This document shows positions 1-8,650 of a stretch of 64,000 bases of DNA, in pieces. The notes beneath the pieces are model-generated. The model had not been told where the DNA came from, made no database searches, and saw nothing but the letters and a program-made list of their open reading frames with translations. The stretch comes from an uncultured Nitrososphaerota archaeon (lineage in GTDB: Archaea; Thermoproteota; EX4484-205; JAAOZP01). The DNA lies in the NCBI GenBank assembly GCA_964416155.1, contig CAYQCW010000003.1:1-64000 (forward strand), given 5' to 3'. Position 1 is the first letter of the stretch; every line of letters starts with the position of its first letter. The translations under genes and the position numbers were made by a program.

Positions 1-188
1 CTAGCCTCATAGTTTGCAGTGCTTACAACACCGCTATTCTCGCTCCGCCCAGAGTAGACGCATACAACCACAGGCTTATTTCTTAACGATGGGTTTCTAG
101 CCTCCTCACACTGGGCGAAGAAATAGTCTAGGTCAACCAGCATTATGACCCTCCGCGGAGACGCCTGTTTTTCAGACAGGGGCTTCAT
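1..188 (-). CDS. dinB: Y-family DNA polymerase IV (Dpo4/Dbh/DinB), 5' part, runs off window start
   Basis: Not in ORF track. Manual translation from ATG 188 gives [63 protein letters not shown], matching the Dpo4 N-terminal motifs (VDxDYFxAQ, KPVVVCVxSGR, V..ANYEAR). Confidence 0.93.
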   Translation of the reverse strand, partial: [62 protein letters not shown]

Positions 189-263
189 TAAACCTATTCC
201 TCCACTGTAGGGGACTGTTGAGTCTCCATTCTATTTAACTACCGAAGGCTATTTTAACAGCAC

Positions 264-737
264 CTATTTTGAACCTAGGCTTTTTAAATCCAGCAGGCAT
301 TTTTCGGCATGTTCCTCCGGCTTAATGTCCTTATAGATTTTCCTTATTTTTCCTTCCTCGTCAATAAGGAAGGTTGTTCTAACTATACCCATAACAGACT
401 TGCCGTAAAGATTCTTCTCTCCCCATACTCCGTATTTCTTAATAACTTTCGCCTCCGGGTCGCTTAAGAGTGTGAAAGCCAGACCATTATCCTTTTTAAA
501 CTTCTTATGTGATTCAACACTATCCCTACTTACCCCTATAATCACAACGTTCTCCCTGCTGAAATCTTCAGCCAAATCCCTGAATCTTCTTGCTTCCTGG
601 GTGCATCCTGGAGTACCGTCCTTAGGATAAAAATAGAGCACTACCCTTCTCCCCCTATAATCCTTTAGAGATACTTTCCTCCCTTCATCAGATTGAAGAG
701 TAAAATCCGGAGCACTATCACCCTCTTTAAAAACCAT
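264..737 (-). CDS. bcp: Peroxiredoxin BCP/PrxQ
   Basis: VVLYFYPKDGTPGCTQEA motif; likely start at ATG 737 (MVFKEGDSAPDF). Confidence 0.93.
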   Translation of the reverse strand: MVFKEGDSAPDFTLQSDEGRKVSLKDYRGRRVVLYFYPKDGTPGCTQEARRFRDLAEDFSRENVVIIGVSRDSVESHKKFKKDNGLAFTLLSDPEAKVIKKYGVWGEKNLYGKSVMGIVRTTFLIDEEGKIRKIYKDIKPEEHAEKCLLDLKSLGSK

Positions 738-843
738 CTTCACCACCTGGGTTAGCAAGCAGTTCAGCCTGTTAATAAGCTTAATACGAAAAACTGGCCT
801 ATGGGAGAACATTTTTAATCAACCTTAGCTAATTCATTCAAAT

Positions 844-1965
844 ATGAGAAGCAGTGCAGCTTTTAAAAAAGAATGCTTAATGTCTGGGATAATAATTGGA
901 ATCATAATTGGGTATATGCTGAGCTTTATAATTAGAGAAAGAGAAGTAGACGAGTTGCGAAATCAGGTTTCGAGGCTCAGGACTGAAATAGAACAGTTAA
1001 GAGGAGCAGTACCGCCCTTAAAGACACTCGCCGAGAAACATGGTGTCTATATTGGTGCAGCAGTGGGCGCCGACCAGCTTAGAATCAAGGAGTATGCAGA
1101 GATACTTAGCAGGGAATTCAACATTTTAACTACGGAAAACGCTTTAAAGTTTGAGAGGGTCCATCCTGAACGTAATGTTTATTCCTTTGCTGAGGCGGAT
1201 GCGATAATCAGTTTTGCAGAGGCCAACGGGATGAGGGTGCGTGGCCACACGCTTGTCTGGCATTACCAGCTTCCCGAATGGATTACGCGTGGAAACTATA
1301 GCCGCGAGGAATGGATAAGCATCCTGCATGATCATATTACTACGGTAGTTAGCCATTATAGGGGAAGAGTTTACGCTTGGGATGTGGTTAACGAGGCAGT
1401 AGATGATGACGGCTCGTTGAGAAAAACTATTTGGCTGGAAAACATTGGACCCGAGTACATCGAGCTGGCATTCAAGTGGGCTCATGAAGCAGATCCTCAG
1501 GCACTTCTCTTCTATAATGATTACGGCGCTGAAGGCCTAGGTGTAAAATCGGATGCTGTTTACAACTTAGTTAAAAACCTCTTGGAAAAAGGCGTGCCAA
1601 TACACGGAGTCGGTCTGCAGATGCACGTCAGCACAGAGTATTATCCGGCACCACAAGATATTGCCGCTAACATTAAACGCCTCAGTGATCTGGGCTTGGA
1701 GATCCATATTACCGAAATGGATGTTCGTGTAAGGCTGCCTGCGAAATCTGCAGACTTAGTTAGACAAGCAGAAATATACCGCGACGTGCTTATGGTTTGT
1801 CTTTCTTCAGAAAAATTCACTGCGTTCGTGATGTGGGGTTTCACAGACCGCTATTCCTGGATTCCAGGATTTTTCAGCGGGTATGGTTCAGCCCTGATCT
1901 TCGACGAGAACTATCATCCTAAGCCAGCATACTATTATATTCTTAAAAGCCTGATGCAGCCTTAG
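844..1965 (+). CDS. GH10 endo-1,4-beta-xylanase with N-terminal membrane anchor and coiled coil
   Basis: ENALKF, RGHTLVWH, WDVVNEA (acid/base Glu), YNDY, GLQMH, ITEMDV (nucleophile Glu), VMWGFTDRYSW; hydrophobic N-terminus. Confidence 0.93.
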   Translation: MRSSAAFKKECLMSGIIIGIIIGYMLSFIIREREVDELRNQVSRLRTEIEQLRGAVPPLKTLAEKHGVYIGAAVGADQLRIKEYAEILSREFNILTTENALKFERVHPERNVYSFAEADAIISFAEANGMRVRGHTLVWHYQLPEWITRGNYSREEWISILHDHITTVVSHYRGRVYAWDVVNEAVDDDGSLRKTIWLENIGPEYIELAFKWAHEADPQALLFYNDYGAEGLGVKSDAVYNLVKNLLEKGVPIHGVGLQMHVSTEYYPAPQDIAANIKRLSDLGLEIHITEMDVRVRLPAKSADLVRQAEIYRDVLMVCLSSEKFTAFVMWGFTDRYSWIPGFFSGYGSALIFDENYHPKPAYYYILKSLMQP

Positions 1966-2036
1966 CTGAGGGTCAACGCAACGTGCACACGACCTCTCGC
2001 ATTAACGTTTAAATAATAAAAATCTAATGCGAGCCT

Positions 2037-3713
2037 CTATAAATATGCTTCAGACACATACCTATGCATCATCCTATGGCTGTTAAAATAAGACGCTACT
2101 TTTCCTATAGATTTTTTCATCATTTCCTTCCACTCACCTCTTCGCTTATAATACAGTGGAATTATCACGTACTCCAATTTTCCATAGAGATCATCAAGCT
2201 CCCTGGTTTTTCGCTCTTCTGACGACACTTGTTCTTCAGGAGCCGGGCCGATTGCCCATCCTGTAATGCCTTCTACCCAGCCTTCAGCCCACCAGCCTTC
2301 TAAGACGCTGAAATTCATCACACCGTTGTGTGCAGCCTTCATCCCGCTTGTACCCGAAGCCTCCATGGGAGGTAAAGGCGTGTTTAGCCAAACGTCAACC
2401 CCAGAAACAAGTTTAGCTGCCATATTTACGTCGTAATTTTCTAAGTAGGTCATTTTTATCTCGTTCTTAAACATTTCTTTATAGCTAAACAGTTCTTCGA
2501 TCATCTTCTTCCCTTGGTAGTCTTTTGGATGGGCTTTTCCAGCAAAGATGAGTTGGATACTTCCTCGTCTGCCTGCCTTCCGCAGCCTTTCAGGGTCTGA
2601 AAACATTAGCGTATGCCTTTTATATTCTGTAGCTCTTCGAGCAAACCCTATTGTTAAAGTTTCATAGTCCATACCAATATGCGTATTCTCATTAACATAG
2701 TCTATCAGGGATTTCTTCGCAGCCATGTGAGACCGCCATATTTCATCGTCTGGAACCACATCTATTCTCACAAGCAGCTCAGGCTCATGAGCCCATCCTG
2801 GAAGATATTTGTCATACAGTATCTTAAAGCTTTCACAAGTCCATGTATGAGAGTGGACGCCGTTTGTTATCGCGTGAATCTCATAGCTTGGGAACATCTC
2901 TCTGGAAACTATTCTATGCCTTTTCGCCACCCCATTAACATAATTGCTTAGGTTAAGTGCAAGAAGAGTCATGTTTAACCTATTCTCGCCGCCTAAGTTC
3001 TTCAATATATTTAGCGGGACAAATTCCCCCAAAATTTCTCGAACAAGCTCGTATGAAAATTTATCATGTGCAGCTTCAACGGGCGTATGTGTTGTGAATA
3101 CGCATAGGTTTCTAACTTTACCTATGTTCATCTCAGATTTACGCAGCAATTCAAGACCAAGGAAGCTGGAATGACCCTCATTCATATGGTATTTACGAGC
3201 AACAATGCCAAGCTTTTCTAACATTCTGACGCCCCCCACTCCTAGAACAATCTCTTGCTTCAAACGGTATTCCTCGTCACCTCCGTATAAAAATGAAGTT
3301 ATTTCCCTGTCCTCAGGACGGTTTCCATCAACATCAGTATCCAGAAAATACACTGGAACCTCCCAGCCCGATGCGCTTTTCGCAGTGTACAACCAAGCTT
3401 TTATTTGGACATCTCTACCTTGGATTTTAACCGCAACTTCTTCAGGTAATTGTTGCATGAATTGTGAAGGATTCCAAGGGTCGGGATGTTCTATTTGCCT
3501 TCCTTCACGAGTTAGTTCCTGTCTGAAGTATCCTTTTTTACTAATCAACGTGACAGCCACTAGGGGAATGTTAAGATCTACACTTGACCTTACTACATCA
3601 CCCGCGAGAACCCCTAGGCCTCCGCTGTAAGTGTGAATTTCGTTTGCCAACGCGATCTCCATTGAAAAGTAAGCAATTTTCTGTTTTTCTACTCTTAATT
3701 GGGCCATTAGCAC
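2037..3713 (-). CDS. glgP: Alpha-glucan (glycogen/maltodextrin) phosphorylase, GT35
   Basis: AYFSME, YSGGLGVLAGD, HMNEGH, FTTHTP, GFARRATEYKR, EASGTSGMK (PLP lysine). Confidence 0.93.
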   Translation of the reverse strand: MLMAQLRVEKQKIAYFSMEIALANEIHTYSGGLGVLAGDVVRSSVDLNIPLVAVTLISKKGYFRQELTREGRQIEHPDPWNPSQFMQQLPEEVAVKIQGRDVQIKAWLYTAKSASGWEVPVYFLDTDVDGNRPEDREITSFLYGGDEEYRLKQEIVLGVGGVRMLEKLGIVARKYHMNEGHSSFLGLELLRKSEMNIGKVRNLCVFTTHTPVEAAHDKFSYELVREILGEFVPLNILKNLGGENRLNMTLLALNLSNYVNGVAKRHRIVSREMFPSYEIHAITNGVHSHTWTCESFKILYDKYLPGWAHEPELLVRIDVVPDDEIWRSHMAAKKSLIDYVNENTHIGMDYETLTIGFARRATEYKRHTLMFSDPERLRKAGRRGSIQLIFAGKAHPKDYQGKKMIEELFSYKEMFKNEIKMTYLENYDVNMAAKLVSGVDVWLNTPLPPMEASGTSGMKAAHNGVMNFSVLEGWWAEGWVEGITGWAIGPAPEEQVSSEERKTRELDDLYGKLEYVIIPLYYKRRGEWKEMMKKSIGKVASYFNSHRMMHRYVSEAYL

Positions 3714-3786
3714 ACGCTACAGGGCACGTTAAGCAATATAACTCTTTTTGATATATACTCGAATCAGCGTTCATTGTTTTTATAGC

Positions 3787-4731
3787 CTATAATCCTAAAA
3801 TTTCCCTTACAGCGTTATGGCTTTGTTGAATGGGTGCAGCAGTATTTACAATGTAGGCTTCCAGGTAATTAAACAATTCTTTAAAGAACTTTCTTCTTAA
3901 ACCAGTCTTTCTTTCGTCTTTTACGAGCATATGGGGATTGCAGAATTCAACAGACTCGATATAGCGGGACGCTTCCTCTGGAGAGAGCCTGCTGAAAACC
4001 ATCTCATCCCCCGGATCACGCTTAAGCAAAATGGCTTTTTTCAAAGTAGTCATCGGCAAAATTTTCCCCTTGCCGACAACCCATCTCACGTTCACTACCG
4101 CCCTGCCCTTAGAATCGAATTCGGCTTTCTCAACGAGTTTTTGATACTCACCCCAGTTGTCTGCAATATCTGCCTGAATATAGAAATTTTTCTCCGAGGC
4201 AAACGCGATGGCTTGCTCTCCAATTAAGCGGACGAAAAACCAGTCGTCAGACACGACCCGTATTCCTTTAAGCCTGAGAAGACCATATGTATGAGTGGTT
4301 TTTCCTGTTCCAGAAGGAGCGATTAGACACGCTCCTTTACCATCTACGTCTACGCACGCACCGTGGACAGAATTTATTCCATGACTATCTTCAAGAATAT
4401 CGCTTGCAACACTCAAGGCTATGGATTTCACCCAGCCGTAATAATCTATGTTGATTAGGAAGGCTGTTTTCGAAAGCGGGTCGTAGAACACTTTTTGTTC
4501 CTCTCCCCTCTCGTTTGTCACAATCAGTCTTCCATGAGAGCGAACATGCGATGACATAGGATAGAAGCTTTCCTCCCAGCGTTCCTTCACATACTTTAAA
4601 TCGGTTAACAGTTTGATGCAACATCCATATATATCTGCCCTCTCTTCGTAGAGAAGGCGATCGCCATATTTATCCATTAGCCTCTCTTTTTCTTCGACAG
4701 ATATTAGTTTGACTTCATATTTTGATGACAA
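3787..4731 (-). CDS. HPr kinase/PEPCK-like P-loop protein
   Basis: HGACVDVDGKGACLIAPSGTGKTT Walker A followed by the VVSDDW motif typical of the HPrK/PEPCK superfamily. Confidence 0.65.
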   Translation of the reverse strand: MSSKYEVKLISVEEKERLMDKYGDRLLYEERADIYGCCIKLLTDLKYVKERWEESFYPMSSHVRSHGRLIVTNERGEEQKVFYDPLSKTAFLINIDYYGWVKSIALSVASDILEDSHGINSVHGACVDVDGKGACLIAPSGTGKTTHTYGLLRLKGIRVVSDDWFFVRLIGEQAIAFASEKNFYIQADIADNWGEYQKLVEKAEFDSKGRAVVNVRWVVGKGKILPMTTLKKAILLKRDPGDEMVFSRLSPEEASRYIESVEFCNPHMLVKDERKTGLRRKFFKELFNYLEAYIVNTAAPIQQSHNAVREILGL

Positions 4732-5321
4732 TGATACTGTATTTCAATCTTCCTTTAAAAGTTTTTATTAATCTCCTGCACGCTAGCCTACGAAGGAAGC
4801 TTGAAAAACTTGACGAGCTTCATTTATGGGGAAATCCGCCAGTATTTTTGATTGTTCCAGTATTGGAAATTGCCGATTATTCCAGATGCTTGGATATTCT
4901 TATTGTTCAAGTTCACCGCTGCAGGCTTGATTTATACCTAAAGAAGCCGTGGCAAGATATATGGGTAGGGGAAAAGCCGTGGGATATGGGCTGGCTCTTG
5001 AAGGGTTTCCTTCCTAACGGTTTGTTAACGCACAATGGTTCCGCTTTTCAGCGGGGTTCTATATGCTGTGCCGGGATAGGCCCGGCAATCACTTTCCTTC
5101 TGACGGCTCCTGCTGCAAACACTATGAGAATCCTACTTACCGGCGAGATGATTTCCTGGAAGGTTGCTGGTGTACTAGTAGCATCAGCGTTAGTAGCTTT
5201 CTCAGGCTTAACAACCTCCAAGATGCCGCGGGGCAAGGCTGTTAAAAAAGAATATCAAGCGACTAATGCCGCTTCAGCGAAAATTGATATTCTCAAGCTC
5301 CGTTGGATGAAAGACTTTTAG
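4722..5321 (+). pseudogene. Remnant of predicted permease (DUF318/ArsP-like)
   Basis: Only the segment GIGPAITFLLTAPAAN...GEMISWKVA resembles the DUF318 permease motif; the rest of the ORF looks non-coding or degenerate. Confidence 0.45.
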
Positions 5322-5451
5322 CCTCGCTGAAATTCGCCGGCTATTTAGCCAGACAGATTTAATTCTTCATCGTAGGGCTTATAGCAGTAGGGTATCTTTC
5401 AGCATTCATTACTGAAGATATCGTTGAAACACACTTAAGAGGCCCGTTAGA

Positions 5452-5757
5452 GTGTTGATAGCTTCTCGGCGGCCACTTTACACACCTACTCTCGAAGTTG
5501 CACTGGGGCAGGAATTGTGGAGCAAGGGCATGTCGAAAGACGCGTTGCTAAGCTGGCTCATGGGGCAACACTATGACATGGCCAACGCCCTAGCTGTTTT
5601 CACGAACAGCGAAATGGAGAGTCGTCCCAACATGTATGCTCATGGCTTGGGCGTGAAGCGTGCTTTTCGGACTGTTTCACGGTATGCTGAGCGGATCGCT
5701 TTGGCAAGCAGGGGAAGTCGAGTAACGCGCTATAAGGTTCTAGTATTGTTAATCTGA
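5452..5757 (+). CDS. Hypothetical ORF or gene remnant ending inside the left att repeat
   Basis: 101-aa ORF with no recognised motif; its stop codon lies within the 76-bp repeat. Confidence 0.3.
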   Translation: MLIASRRPLYTPTLEVALGQELWSKGMSKDALLSWLMGQHYDMANALAVFTNSEMESRPNMYAHGLGVKRAFRTVSRYAERIALASRGSRVTRYKVLVLLI

Positions 5758-5823
5758 AAAATGATGCGGAGGGTGGGATTTGAACCCACGAACCCCTACG
5801 GGACGAGGTCCTAAGCCTCGCGC
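5748..5823. repeat. att site: duplicated 3' portion of tRNA-Leu(TAG) plus 17 bp of downstream flank
   Basis: Identical over 76 bp to 8575-8650 (GTTAATCTGAAAAATGATGCGGAGGG...CCTAAGCCTCGCGC); lacks the tRNA 5' acceptor strand and most of the D-arm. Confidence 0.95.
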
Positions 5824-5844
5824 CTTTAGTGAAAAATGTATTTC

Positions 5845-5860
5845 GTAGAAGCTTTTAAAT
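5845..5860 (+). promoter_or_regulatory. Putative BRE/TATA promoter of the element operon
   Basis: GTAGAAGC-TTTTAAAT about 30 bp upstream of the GTG at 5892. Confidence 0.4.
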
Positions 5861-5891
5861 TCAAATAGGAATAAATAATAGTGATCCTGCT

Positions 5892-6986
5892 GTGAGAAGA
5901 GGGTGGTGCGGGTTTGACGGTTGCAAGGATTGCTATTATTTTGCTTCGAGGCTTTGCCGTGGTTGCTCTCTTAAGATGTGTCTCGTGGCCCAATGCCAGA
6001 GGGGTTTCCAATATACTGGCATAACCTCTCCAAGGGCCTTCTGCAGGCTCAGGCTATATTGTCCGATTAAAACTAAGGAGAGAACGCCAGTTCAGATTCC
6101 ATCTTTAAGCAGGAAACCCTTAGCTAAGATCGGTTTTCAAGGATTCGTACCTGAGATAGACGTTGCTAATGATAGGTCGTGGTTTTGGAGGCATGGTATT
6201 GATTTGCCGGAGATCTTCGTTCCCCTGTGGGAGGTGTTGGCTAATGAGGAAATTCTAAGGAAGGCCTCTTCCGAAGGCTTGCATGATTTTCTAGGTTTTA
6301 ACGGAAGGATTTTCCTATCTATGGTTATGCCTGATGAGCTCATTGATAAGCTTAGGTTAGAGAATTACTTCAGGCTGATTAATGAGCTTAGGCCAGACGC
6401 TACGATGATTCCTGACAACTATACTTACGTGGATGACCCGCTTTTTCTATCATGGTCTCAGACGGGTAAACTTGTTTCCCTCGCCAACGACTTCCTTAAG
6501 CTGGATATCCCGTTAATCGGCCTTGTTAAGGGCGCTAACCATCTTCAAATCGACTGGGCCATTAGGAAGCAGGCTGAAATGGGCTATGTTTCATTCGCTA
6601 TGCCTGCGAGGGAACTATTGGAGGATAATCTGCTCGGCGACCTTTTACCTGGAGCCGTTATGAGCCTTGAATGGGTTTCAAAGAGGACTAAGACTGCATT
6701 CGAGCTTTTAATCTACGGCGTAGGCCGTATGCTGAAATATAGGGGGCTTAGCTACAGCAACCTTTCCTGGTTCCTGGAGGCTAAGCATGGATGCTATTTT
6801 AAGGATGGCTGGTCTTATGACCTTAGGGACCCTGAAATCAGGTTTGAAGAATGCAGCTGCGAGGTCTGCAAAGGGTTAATGCCTCAGGAGATAATTGACG
6901 TAATGCTCAGCAATAAGGAGCTTGGCCTTAAGACGCTTATTCTTCACAACCTGCTTGATATGAAGTCTTTGACGGAAGGAAGATAG
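5892..6986 (+). CDS. Divergent tRNA-guanine transglycosylase (TGT/DpdA/DUF4417-like) fold protein with Cys-rich N-terminal domain
   Basis: C-terminal Zn site CSCEVC...LILHNL is the TGT hallmark; LLIYGVG and SW..AKHG segments resemble TGT motifs; PDNYTYVDDP resembles DUF4417; 9 Cys in the first ~60 aa. Confidence 0.65.
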   Translation: MRRGWCGFDGCKDCYYFASRLCRGCSLKMCLVAQCQRGFQYTGITSPRAFCRLRLYCPIKTKERTPVQIPSLSRKPLAKIGFQGFVPEIDVANDRSWFWRHGIDLPEIFVPLWEVLANEEILRKASSEGLHDFLGFNGRIFLSMVMPDELIDKLRLENYFRLINELRPDATMIPDNYTYVDDPLFLSWSQTGKLVSLANDFLKLDIPLIGLVKGANHLQIDWAIRKQAEMGYVSFAMPARELLEDNLLGDLLPGAVMSLEWVSKRTKTAFELLIYGVGRMLKYRGLSYSNLSWFLEAKHGCYFKDGWSYDLRDPEIRFEECSCEVCKGLMPQEIIDVMLSNKELGLKTLILHNLLDMKSLTEGR

Positions 6987-7928
6987 TTGGGCAGCGGCTC
7001 GAGGATAAAGCAGTATGGGAGAAGGTTTTTTGAGGGAGAGCAGGCTCGGGAAAAGAGGGAGGATGAAGCCTTCCATGTTGTGAAAATCTTTGGAAAATAC
7101 GAGGTTCATGAGGCTGAGAGTGGTGGATATGAGCTTCTTAAAGGAGGTGAAGTAATAGGAACGTTCTCTCAGGCAAGAATAGAAGAGGAGAGGGTAATCT
7201 TCAAACTGAGCCATGGGATGAACTTGGAGCTTTCAGAGAAGGGGATTCGAGAAACGCTTGCCTTAGAGAAAGCAAAACTATGCGGCCTAATGGGTTCGGA
7301 TGGTTGTGTTTGTAAGCATAAAGGAAAAGAGGGAAGTGGTGTTGGATACGAGGTTTCCCTAACCACTATAGACCACGAGCTCGTTGGAGTTTTTAAGGAA
7401 CTGAGCGAAAATATTTATAGTATGACTTCCCATGAACATATCAAGTATCATAAGACGAAGCAGGGAGAGAAAGAGCATTACTACGTAGCAATATACAGTA
7501 AGAGGGTAGCTTATGACTTGTGGGATCTTGGGATTAAGGGACCTGGGCCTTACGAGTTCCATCCGCCCACAAGATACCTCGATGATGAGGGTAAGAGAGC
7601 ATATTTGAGAGGTTTCTTCTCCGGAGATGGGAATGTTTCTATGTGGGAAAAGGGGCATCATATTCGAATCTATTCAAAGTGTAAAGAAGGATTAGAAGAA
7701 CTTAAGAGGATGCTTATAGACTTGGATTTTCACCCTAGCGAAATTCATACCCGTGATAGAGGAATGATTCCGGGAAAGTTCTCAGGTCCTGAGCATCATT
7801 TTTCCATTCCTGAAGAAGACCATTTAAAATTTATAGAGGAGATAGGATCTGAAAAGGAGGAACATAAAAGGAGATTCCAACTAATAAGACAAGTGGACAA
7901 GGAAAAAGAAAGGAGGAGAGTAAGATGA
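6987..7928 (+). CDS. Free-standing double-motif LAGLIDADG endonuclease
   Basis: Motif 1 AKLCGLMGSDGCV and motif 2 AYLRGFFSGDGNV; no intein Hint-block residues; starts directly after the previous stop codon. Confidence 0.85.
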   Translation: MGSGSRIKQYGRRFFEGEQAREKREDEAFHVVKIFGKYEVHEAESGGYELLKGGEVIGTFSQARIEEERVIFKLSHGMNLELSEKGIRETLALEKAKLCGLMGSDGCVCKHKGKEGSGVGYEVSLTTIDHELVGVFKELSENIYSMTSHEHIKYHKTKQGEKEHYYVAIYSKRVAYDLWDLGIKGPGPYEFHPPTRYLDDEGKRAYLRGFFSGDGNVSMWEKGHHIRIYSKCKEGLEELKRMLIDLDFHPSEIHTRDRGMIPGKFSGPEHHFSIPEEDHLKFIEEIGSEKEEHKRRFQLIRQVDKEKERRRVR

Positions 7929-8584
7929 CAGCTAAGGTTGCTACCGTCTGGGGGTGGGGCGACAGATTCGAAGATGTTAGAACGAATTGTGAGAAGTATG
8001 TTAGTAATAGGTGGAGGGAAACAACGAAGGAGTGTCTCATATACTTTTCAGGCAGGGAGAGAGACGAGGGCATCGGTCTGGATGTAGCCATATACGTTAG
8101 CGATAAAGGAAAAGTTGGGGATTTGGCTGAACGCTTGTTTTATTCAATGGTCTTCGCCGGAAACGCTAAGGTGTATTCGATTTCGATCCAATTGTTTGAA
8201 GACATTTTCTCTAATAACGAGATATGTCGGAATTCAATCGAGGAAGTAGAAAGAGAGCTTGAAGAACGGGAAAAAATCATTGCAAAAAGGTTTCTCGATG
8301 ATCCCAAGGTGAAGCAGGTAGCTAAGGGGAGAAAAGTAACTTTCATTCCTCAGATCAACTTATTATGTGAAATGGAATCAGAATTTAGTAACAAAATAGT
8401 GATGGAACTAATTCATGAGGACTTTAATAAGATCAGGAACCTGCTAAAAAATCTGAGCGAGGAGTTAATCGAGAAGGGTTTAGCAAAACACGTCTTGGGC
8501 TACAAACTTGGGAGAAGCGTTGACGAGTTGAAGGTAGGCGATGTTGATTTTTGGGGAGATGATGTCCTGGTATGGTTAATCTGA
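7925..8584 (+). CDS. Hypothetical protein, third gene of element operon
   Basis: 219-aa ORF with ATGA overlap to the endonuclease gene; ends inside the right att repeat. Confidence 0.75.
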   Translation: MTAKVATVWGWGDRFEDVRTNCEKYVSNRWRETTKECLIYFSGRERDEGIGLDVAIYVSDKGKVGDLAERLFYSMVFAGNAKVYSISIQLFEDIFSNNEICRNSIEEVERELEEREKIIAKRFLDDPKVKQVAKGRKVTFIPQINLLCEMESEFSNKIVMELIHEDFNKIRNLLKNLSEELIEKGLAKHVLGYKLGRSVDELKVGDVDFWGDDVLVWLI

Positions 8585-8650
8585 AAAATGATGCGGAGGG
8601 TGGGATTTGAACCCACGAACCCCTACGGGACGAGGTCCTAAGCCTCGCGC
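8575..8650. repeat. att site overlapping intact tRNA-Leu
   Basis: Identical to 5748-5823. Confidence 0.95.

Larger units (their letters stand above)
5748..8650. mobile_element. 2.8-kb tRNA-Leu-integrated mini element without integrase, three-gene cargo
   Basis: Flanked by perfect 76-bp direct repeats made of the tRNA 3' end; three tightly coupled + strand ORFs inside; no tyrosine or serine recombinase visible. Confidence 0.85.

Noticed and set aside
5765-5823. Second tRNA-Leu gene or split-tRNA half
   Set aside because: It lacks the 5' acceptor strand and most of the D-arm, has no complementary leader for trans-splicing, and is identical to the intact copy. It is best explained as an att duplication.
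5892-7928. Intein-containing single gene (TGT-like host plus LAGLIDADG)
   Set aside because: The two ORFs are in frame but separated by a TAG stop at 6984-6986, and no Hint-domain splice-junction residues are visible.
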